From Spirochaetota bacterium (lineage in GTDB: Bacteria > Spirochaetota > UBA4802 > UBA5550): a stretch of 64,000 nucleotides of DNA. Positions 57,374 through 64,000 of this stretch are shown in pieces. Every line of letters begins with the position of its first letter. Positions within the stretch are counted from its first letter, which is position 1. The stretch spans positions 480,001 through 544,000 of the forward strand of contig OY760686.1 in assembly GCA_963663865.1 (NCBI GenBank). The letters run 5' to 3'. The translations under genes were made by a program, and so were the position numbers. The notes beneath the pieces were generated by a model. The model ran no database searches. It had not been told where the DNA came from and was given only the letters and a program-made list of their open reading frames with translations.

Positions 57374-58462
57374 GTGCGCAATAAACATATTGATATAATG
57401 CTCGGGTTTGGAATTATTATGGTTGTAATGGGACACCGCTATCAGCCTGAGAATTTGTTCTATCCGGCCTATACATTTCACATGGCGCTTTTCTTTTTTA
57501 TCTCAGGATATCTTGCTACCATTAAGAATGGAGTTAAGGATAAGCTGAGTTTTATTTATAGAAAAACTAAATCTCAGCTTTTTAAGTATTACGCTTATAA
57601 CCTCCTTTTCGGAGTTATCACCTTTTTGCTTGCCCTTGCCGGTCTTAAAATGGGCTATCAGGTCCCCGCATTCGGGTCTGGCGCCGAAACCCTTGATACT
57701 ATAAGAAACTTCTTTGTTATTCCTCTGCAGGATGGGCACCACTACCACCTTTACCTCGCTGCTTGGTTTATTCTGCAGCTGTATATTGTGCATCTGGTGT
57801 TTCAGCTTATATTCTTCAGCGACGACAAACGCTTGGTCTACGCCGTTTTTATTGTCCTTATTCCGGTGACACTGTTTCTGATGAAGAAAGGCCTCGTGAA
57901 CTATACAGACTTCAGACTGACCGGTGTAAGGACCTCATTCGCGCTTCTCTTCTATCTGGCGGGTTATATCGTCAAACGCGAGGAGGAGAGGATCGGCTGG
58001 CTGCTGAGGTCTCCATGGACACTGCTTGTATGCTTTGCTTCTGTCGATGTGCTCAGCATCAATTTTGGAAACGTGAATTACAACATAGTACTCGGAAATA
58101 TTGCTAATGAAAACGTCGCTGTTCCTGTTATCACAACATTAATAATTGTCATCATTGTGTATCAGCTTTCGTACTATGCTGCCAGGTTTATCAGTGATTC
58201 TTCCATACTCCTCACAATAGGGAAATCTACGCTGACGATTTTAATCTGGCACTTTACCGTATTTTTCCTGATAAACGCTGTTCTATACGCCCTTGGCCTG
58301 ATAACAAAGGAGAACCTTGCCAACAACTGGTTTGTGTTTGAAGATAAGAAGACCTGGCTTCTGTATATTCCGGCGGGAATCATGGTACCGCTTTATCTGA
58401 AGTATTTATATCAGAGATATGTGAAGAAAAGCCCGGTTACCGGCAAACTCTATGCGGGATGA
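57374..58462 (+). CDS. Acyltransferase-3 family O-acyltransferase
   Basis: RNKHIDIMLGFGIIMVVMGH, FHMALFFFISGY, WFILQL and IGKSTLTILIWH. Confidence 0.88.
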   Translation: MRNKHIDIMLGFGIIMVVMGHRYQPENLFYPAYTFHMALFFFISGYLATIKNGVKDKLSFIYRKTKSQLFKYYAYNLLFGVITFLLALAGLKMGYQVPAFGSGAETLDTIRNFFVIPLQDGHHYHLYLAAWFILQLYIVHLVFQLIFFSDDKRLVYAVFIVLIPVTLFLMKKGLVNYTDFRLTGVRTSFALLFYLAGYIVKREEERIGWLLRSPWTLLVCFASVDVLSINFGNVNYNIVLGNIANENVAVPVITTLIIVIIVYQLSYYAARFISDSSILLTIGKSTLTILIWHFTVFFLINAVLYALGLITKENLANNWFVFEDKKTWLLYIPAGIMVPLYLKYLYQRYVKKSPVTGKLYAG

Positions 58463-59645
58463 AAGCCTGGAGTCCTCGGCCCGTGTCAGTAGGGCGCTTG
58501 AACGCCGCGTAAAGCGGCACGTCATTTCACCGGAGCACGAATTTTTCGCCGTTGTGCAGCCCGGCTTTGAAAAAACGCTTTCAGAAGAGCTTGTTTCTCT
58601 TGGCCTCAAGGTCACAGGAATTGATGAAGGCGGTGTTCTTTTCAAATCGCAACTTGCAGGCTGCTATACTGCAAATCTCTGTTCGAGGGGCGCTTCAAGG
58701 ATTTTGATGAGGATAAAGGCCTTCAGGGCGCCGAATGCCCAGTCCCTGTACGAGAAGTCGTCTTCCATTCCGTGGGAACTCTACCTGTCGGGAAGGCCGT
58801 CATTTTCGGTTAAATGCAGAAAGTCAGCTCTCATTCATACCGGCCTGGTTGAAGAGACAGTGCTTTCCGCGATGAGGGACAGAGAGGAGTTTGCCGCATT
58901 TTACGAAAATCACACACCCGATCAAACCGTATATATTCGCATGAACAGTGATGAGTGCACCATCAGCATTGACTCAAGCGGTGAGCCTCTCTACAGGAGG
59001 GGGATAAAGCTCAATACCGGGAGGGCCCCGCTGCGGGAGACGCTCGCCTCCCTGATTCTTCTTGAAGCGCGATGTGGGGAATACAGCGCTGTTCTTGACC
59101 CTATGTGCGGAACAGGAACATTCGGCATTGAAGCCGCGGGGTTACTCTCCGCGCAGCCGGCCGGGTTGCGCAGGCCGTTCGCGTTTGAGTCATGGCCGGC
59201 CTTCCGGCCTGCCGCGTTTAATCACCTTAAAAAGGGGCTGGCCTCTGTACCTGAAGAAAGAAAAAGCTATAAAATTCATATGTCGGACATTGACCCTGAT
59301 GCGGTTAAAACGGCCTCTGAAAATACGAAAAGGCTCGGCCTGCCTGTTGAAATTACTGTGTCTGATTTTTTTGAAACCAGGCCCGGACTGAACAGTCCTG
59401 ACACGCTGCTTGTCATAAATCCGCCATACGGTGGAAGGATTAAGACCGGCGATATTGCAGGGTTTTACCGGAGTATCAGCGCGAAGATAAAAAGCTGCTT
59501 CGATCTCTGCGGTTTCGCACTGATAGTTCCGGAAGAGGTGCAATCGGGGAAGCTTGATCTGCCGTTTGACAGGATTATAGCCTTCAGAAATGGCGGGCTA
59601 AATGTTTCAGTGCTGATTAAGTTCTCATCAAAAATCTGCCGTTAA
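58452..59645 (+). CDS. THUMP-domain SAM-dependent RNA methyltransferase (RlmL-like)
   Basis: SIDSSGEPLYRRG, APLRETLA, DPMCGTGT and NPPYG. Confidence 0.9.
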   Translation: MRDESLESSARVSRALERRVKRHVISPEHEFFAVVQPGFEKTLSEELVSLGLKVTGIDEGGVLFKSQLAGCYTANLCSRGASRILMRIKAFRAPNAQSLYEKSSSIPWELYLSGRPSFSVKCRKSALIHTGLVEETVLSAMRDREEFAAFYENHTPDQTVYIRMNSDECTISIDSSGEPLYRRGIKLNTGRAPLRETLASLILLEARCGEYSAVLDPMCGTGTFGIEAAGLLSAQPAGLRRPFAFESWPAFRPAAFNHLKKGLASVPEERKSYKIHMSDIDPDAVKTASENTKRLGLPVEITVSDFFETRPGLNSPDTLLVINPPYGGRIKTGDIAGFYRSISAKIKSCFDLCGFALIVPEEVQSGKLDLPFDRIIAFRNGGLNVSVLIKFSSKICR

Positions 59646-59662
59646 GAGCTCAGATTAACAAA

Positions 59663-59713
59663 AAAGCAGCGTTCTTTTTTCGGATCAAACGTGACGACGC
59701 TGCTTTATTTTGT
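59663..59713 (+). terminator. Probable terminator hairpin after the methyltransferase
   Basis: AAAGCAGCGT...ACGCTGCTTT stem with a large loop, followed by ATTTTGT. Confidence 0.45.
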
Positions 59714-59888
59714 ATTTACCCTCTCAATTTTAAGTATAATTATTGACTTAATAAAAATAAGCTGTAAGAAGTAGCTGTAACAGTATTTAGTGTTAAAGCC
59801 GAGGACTTCCCGTTCCCGGTGTGGTTTCGGCTGTTTCGCCGCTATTTGATCGGACGTATTTCCCTATTATCTTCAGGGAGTAGGATAT

Positions 59889-62800
59889 ATGAAGGTTCTG
59901 GTCAGACTTGCAGTAAAATATCCCGTAAAAACGCTGTCTCTCATAGCGCTTCTCACTGTGCTTTTCGGCGCAGGTGCATACCTGAACTTTAGCATTGAGA
60001 CTAATCCAGCCAAAAGTTTTTCAAGAAATCTTGATGTGGTGAAGTTTCACAACATAACATCAAGAAAGTTCAAAACGAGAGATTACATCCTCATCGGAGT
60101 TGAAGAGAGGAAGAGTGGTGTTTTCAGCGTTCCGGTCCTCCGTTACGTTGAAGGGCTTGTTGGGCGTTTGCAGAATCTAAAGCTTGATAAAAAAGTGTTC
60201 AATTCAGCTGACGGCAAGTACATTGACATCAGCATACCGGCGGCAATTGACCCGGGCGGGATTCTCAGCTATGTCAATGCCGATGACGTAACAGTTGACA
60301 GGGGGACAGGTACCGTAGTAACCGGGACGCTTACGGAAAGAGCCGAGAGGGCTGCCGGCATAGTCAGAAAAAGCGAGGCTTTGCTGCCACCTGAAGATGA
60401 ATCTCTCAAAAAGATTATTCCTGAACTGAAATCATTGATACTTGAAAGCGCTATATATTCAGGAACGCTTGTTTCACCTGACAGCAGCGCCTGTGCGGTA
60501 ATGGTACCGGTCGAGAGCAAAACCGACGGAAAGCTAAGAGTTATAAGGCGTGAAATATTCACACTAATTGACCCGCTGTTCCTGAAAGACAGTTTTGAAA
60601 GCAGGGGGATGCCGCATTTAACAGGAAAAAAAGGTATTGATTTCAACGCAAAAGCCTCTTCAAACTATGAAGCGCTGTCGGTTTTTTTCAGAGAGCTTTT
60701 TGCTGACCTCGGAGCCGGCAGGGGCTTCGAAGAGGCGGCAGGCGGGGCTGAAGGCAGCCTGTTTATTGAGAGGATGCTTTCGCTTCTTGAGAATGATGAG
60801 GCTTACAGAAACGACAATGTCAATATATCCTATGATGACGCGGTTGACAGGTTGTACGAGTTTGTTGTTTCAAGGATGGATCGAGCCGGTCTTGAGCGCC
60901 TTGAAGCGTCTGTTTACAGCATAAAGGACATCACCGATACCGGCGTTTTATATGACAGCCTTATTGCTCTTGCTGATGAGGGCAGGCCGGATGGCGTCAA
61001 GGTCTATGTCGCCGGGCGTCTTGCTGCTGAGGCCCTGATTGAAAGGTTTGTACTTAATGATATGTCGCTGTTTCTGGGGCTGACATCAATCATAATTATT
61101 CTGGTGCTATATTTGAGCTTCAGGTCAAAACGCGGTGTCCTGCTGCCGCTGTCGACGGTGCTTATTTCAGCTGTCTGGATATTCGGGGCCATGCTGAGTC
61201 TGGGCATCAAGATATCCTCCGGGACGATAGCGCTGCCTACGATTCTCATCGCCGTGGGAAGCGCCTATGTAATACACTTCCTTTCGAGGTACTACGATGA
61301 AGCCCGTGCCGGAAAGCCCCGTAAGGACGATGCTGTTTTTGCGGCATATCAAAAGGTCAATATCCCCCTTAACCTTTCGGCTGTTACAACTATTAGCGCT
61401 TTTTTGTCCATAATCGCTTCTGCCGGTGTTATAGATGTGCGTAACCTCGGAATTCTAACCGCGGCCGGAGTTGCAGTAAACCTTTTTCTTACTTACACGT
61501 TTGTTCCAGCCCTTCTCTCCATCATGCCTCTACCGCCAGTTCAGCTAAAGGACAATGAAGACCTTGTAACCAGGTGGATGGAGCGCGCGGCGGGTTTTAC
61601 GATAAAACACCCCGGAGGGGTATTTTTCGCGGGCATTGTGCTGAGTCTGGCTGCTGTCCCAGGCATCTTCGCTCTTCGCACCGAAAGCAGTGTGACGTAT
61701 TTCTTTAAGGAAGATAATCCAATCCGTGTTTCGAGCAGCTTTATCGACAAACATCTTACGGGAACAGGGGAAATAAGCGCTGTTTTCAGCCTCAGGGATA
61801 GGGTCTGCCTCAAGTCGTCTGATTCGAGGAGGAGGCTCGCCTCCCTGATAGACGGATATCACGGAGCTTTTGAAAAGCTCGCCAACGGAAGGATAAGTTC
61901 AAATCAGCGTGAGCTCTATAACTATTTCGCGTCCGGAATCAGCGGGATGAAGGTCGACCTTCTGGAGTTTCAGGATGAGCTGGAGAGGCGAATTGGTATT
62001 ATGAGAGATATTCTGAACGAGGGGTATTCCCCGGCTTCGATGGACAGTGCTGAAAAGAGGGTTACGGCGATAAAGGGAATAGCTGACATCTCTGATCTTG
62101 CGGAAAACGCCTCTTATGACAATAGTACGGGGGTCGCTGTTGATTCGGGTTTACTTGATATTGAGAAGAGAATAGGCAAAGAGGCGGTAGGGGCTGATAC
62201 GGCCGGATTTGTCAGGGAGATAAGAAAGACCTCAGAAAGCCCGGTGGGTAAGGCCTTCAGGCGGGAGTTTTTCAGGCTGTCGGATTATATGACCGCCGGA
62301 ATAACACAGCCTGAGGTGCTCAGAAAGCTGGATCGGCTGACTTCCGAGCTGAAGGCGCTTGAGACTCCGGCAGCGGATATCGACGGGACGAAGGTTAAGC
62401 CCGTCGGAAAAATCCTCAGCATAAGCGATCTTGTGAAGATGATTTACCGTGTTTTTTACCACGATGATAATCCGGACTACGATAAAATTCCCGATGTCAG
62501 GAATGACAATCTGGCGGATGAGACTCTGACAGACAGGCAGGCCGCTGCGGTTTGTCTCAGCCAGCTGAGAGGTTCTCAGCCGGACACTTACGGAAGCCTA
62601 GTTTCCGGGGACGGGAGCATGATTCAATACATGGTCTATGTCAGGAGCGACAGGGCCGGGTTTTTAAGTTCTTTCAGCCGGGAGTTCTACAGGCTTGCAG
62701 GCAATCTTTTCCCTTTTGATGATCCCTATGTAGAGAAGGCTGTTCTTTCCGGACTGCCGGCAATAAACATGACAATGAACAGGCTGCTCTTTGATCAGCA

Positions 62801-63335
62801 GTTTCAGTCAGTACTGATTACCATGGCAATTGTATTCCTCTGTTGCGTGTTTATTTTCATGTCTTTTGCGGGCGGGCTTTTCTCGATAATCCCTATCGGA
62901 ATAACACTCGCTGTGAACATGGGATTGATGGGCTGGCTTGAATTTCCTATAAATTACAGCACCGTCATTATCGCTTCAATAGCGGTCGGCACCGGCATCG
63001 ACTATACCATTCACTTTATTGACAGGTTCAAATATGAGCACATCTCGAATTCAAGGCCTGCGGGCGATGCGTATTTGACCACTGTCAGGACTATCGGGCG
63101 CTCGATAATGACAAACGCCCTCTCAATGGCAGGAGGCTTCTCAGTGATGGCTTTTTCCGAGTTCAAAATGCTTTCCGTTTCCGGTTTGATGATATCACTC
63201 GCTATGCTCATCAGTTCGACCGCGGCGATTACTGTGCTGCCGGCCATGATAATCTGGATGAAGCCTTCTTTCGTGACCAGGGCGCGGAGCGGTGAAATCA
63301 TGAGCGAGGGAGTCAACAGCAAAGAGATGAGGTAA
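59889..63335 (+). CDS. MMPL/RND-family lipid transporter with large periplasmic insertions
   Basis: Two TM bundles with IAVGSAYVIH and GTGIDYTIHF motifs; TFVPALL and TVLPAMI; 1148 aa. Confidence 0.9.
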   Translation: MKVLVRLAVKYPVKTLSLIALLTVLFGAGAYLNFSIETNPAKSFSRNLDVVKFHNITSRKFKTRDYILIGVEERKSGVFSVPVLRYVEGLVGRLQNLKLDKKVFNSADGKYIDISIPAAIDPGGILSYVNADDVTVDRGTGTVVTGTLTERAERAAGIVRKSEALLPPEDESLKKIIPELKSLILESAIYSGTLVSPDSSACAVMVPVESKTDGKLRVIRREIFTLIDPLFLKDSFESRGMPHLTGKKGIDFNAKASSNYEALSVFFRELFADLGAGRGFEEAAGGAEGSLFIERMLSLLENDEAYRNDNVNISYDDAVDRLYEFVVSRMDRAGLERLEASVYSIKDITDTGVLYDSLIALADEGRPDGVKVYVAGRLAAEALIERFVLNDMSLFLGLTSIIIILVLYLSFRSKRGVLLPLSTVLISAVWIFGAMLSLGIKISSGTIALPTILIAVGSAYVIHFLSRYYDEARAGKPRKDDAVFAAYQKVNIPLNLSAVTTISAFLSIIASAGVIDVRNLGILTAAGVAVNLFLTYTFVPALLSIMPLPPVQLKDNEDLVTRWMERAAGFTIKHPGGVFFAGIVLSLAAVPGIFALRTESSVTYFFKEDNPIRVSSSFIDKHLTGTGEISAVFSLRDRVCLKSSDSRRRLASLIDGYHGAFEKLANGRISSNQRELYNYFASGISGMKVDLLEFQDELERRIGIMRDILNEGYSPASMDSAEKRVTAIKGIADISDLAENASYDNSTGVAVDSGLLDIEKRIGKEAVGADTAGFVREIRKTSESPVGKAFRREFFRLSDYMTAGITQPEVLRKLDRLTSELKALETPAADIDGTKVKPVGKILSISDLVKMIYRVFYHDDNPDYDKIPDVRNDNLADETLTDRQAAAVCLSQLRGSQPDTYGSLVSGDGSMIQYMVYVRSDRAGFLSSFSREFYRLAGNLFPFDDPYVEKAVLSGLPAINMTMNRLLFDQQFQSVLITMAIVFLCCVFIFMSFAGGLFSIIPIGITLAVNMGLMGWLEFPINYSTVIIASIAVGTGIDYTIHFIDRFKYEHISNSRPAGDAYLTTVRTIGRSIMTNALSMAGGFSVMAFSEFKMLSVSGLMISLAMLISSTAAITVLPAMIIWMKPSFVTRARSGEIMSEGVNSKEMR

Positions 63336-63355
63336 TTATAATCCAGGGAGGAACT

Positions 63356-64000
63356 ATGAATCCAAGGTTTTCAGTACTGCTTCTGATCGCGTTTTTGCCG
63401 GCACATACACTTTTAGCTGAGACTCCTGAAGCGAAGGGACTCAGGCTCGCTTCTCAGGTGGATTCCCAGCCCAAGTTCGAAAAGGCCAAGGCTGAACTGG
63501 TTTTGAATATTTACAGCAGCAGCGGAGTTCTCAGCTTCAGCAAAAAGATGATTATCGGACAGTACACGGCAAACATGGGAACGTCCCGGGAAAAGGAATG
63601 CTCAATTTCCTATGTCATGGAGCCGGCGGCCGACAGAGGTAACAGCTATCTTGCCTTTAACTATAAAAACCGCGCTGATGACAAGTATATATATCTTCGC
63701 GGACTCAGGAAGGCCAAGAAGGTTGCCGGGGACACAAAGAAGATGAGCTTTTTCGGAAGCGACTTCTCAAACGATGATATGGGATTTCCGGATATCAACA
63801 TATCTGATTACAGGTATATCGGAAACAGCAGGGTGATGTTCAAGGGCAGGGAGTTTGATTGCACGGCCGTCGAAGCTGTTCCGAAAACCGAAGCCTTAAA
63901 AAACGAATCGGGGTACGGGAAAAAGGTCTTTTATTACTACCCGGCAGACGACAGGTCGCTTCTCACGCTTAAGGTTGATTACTATGACGTGAATATGCGA
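63356..64000 (+). CDS. Outer-membrane lipoprotein-sorting (LolA-like) protein; runs off the window edge
   Basis: Not in the ORF track. ATG after GGAGG; signal peptide; EPAADRGNSYL, DDKYIYLRGLRKAKKV and SFFGSDFSNDDM. Confidence 0.85.
   Translation, partial: MNPRFSVLLLIAFLPAHTLLAETPEAKGLRLASQVDSQPKFEKAKAELVLNIYSSSGVLSFSKKMIIGQYTANMGTSREKECSISYVMEPAADRGNSYLAFNYKNRADDKYIYLRGLRKAKKVAGDTKKMSFFGSDFSNDDMGFPDINISDYRYIGNSRVMFKGREFDCTAVEAVPKTEALKNESGYGKKVFYYYPADDRSLLTLKVDYYDVNMR

Noticed and set aside
1-64000. CRISPR array, tRNA/rRNA, IS or prophage
   Set aside because: No spaced direct-repeat array, cloverleaf, transposase, integrase or phage gene seen by eye; intergenic gaps are short. A formal scan was not possible.

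Overview
Gene-dense bacterial chromosomal segment, most likely from a Spirochaetota genome of a Leptospira-related lineage. This is inferred from the spiro-SPASM radical SAM gene, a spirochete-type PpiC chaperone, a TPR-Mrr fusion and many spirochete-style lipoproteins. No rRNA, tRNA, CRISPR array, transposase or integrase was recognised. Content in order: (1) a 10-gene minus-strand run, cimA-murI-PPIase-spiroSPASM-spsF-spsG-rhomboid-dut-rnj-uppP(partial); (2) a TPR/Mrr-like protein and hypotheticals; (3) two paralogous surface lipoproteins with pilin-like N-termini, divergent from a FecR-domain / small periplasmic / beta-barrel triad; (4) TolC-AcrB-MarR with no membrane-fusion protein; (5) a hybrid kinase, prfC, USP, an ankyrin lipoprotein and an SGNH-hydrolase remnant; (6) CHASE2 adenylate cyclase-ctpA-tsaD, two hypotheticals, PLD and radC; (7) two outward-facing paralogous GH3 lipoproteins with long structured leaders, flanking an esterase, tatD-nadB-GNAT-aminotransferase-NYN and pyrBC; (8) tandem acyltransferase-3 paralogs, a THUMP methyltransferase, and MMPL plus a LolA-like gene. 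The best candidate for an undescribed system is the 15.8-21.8 kb lipoprotein/FecR/barrel locus, which has features reminiscent of type V (strand-exchange) pili. All product calls come from motif recognition by eye; no database searches were run.
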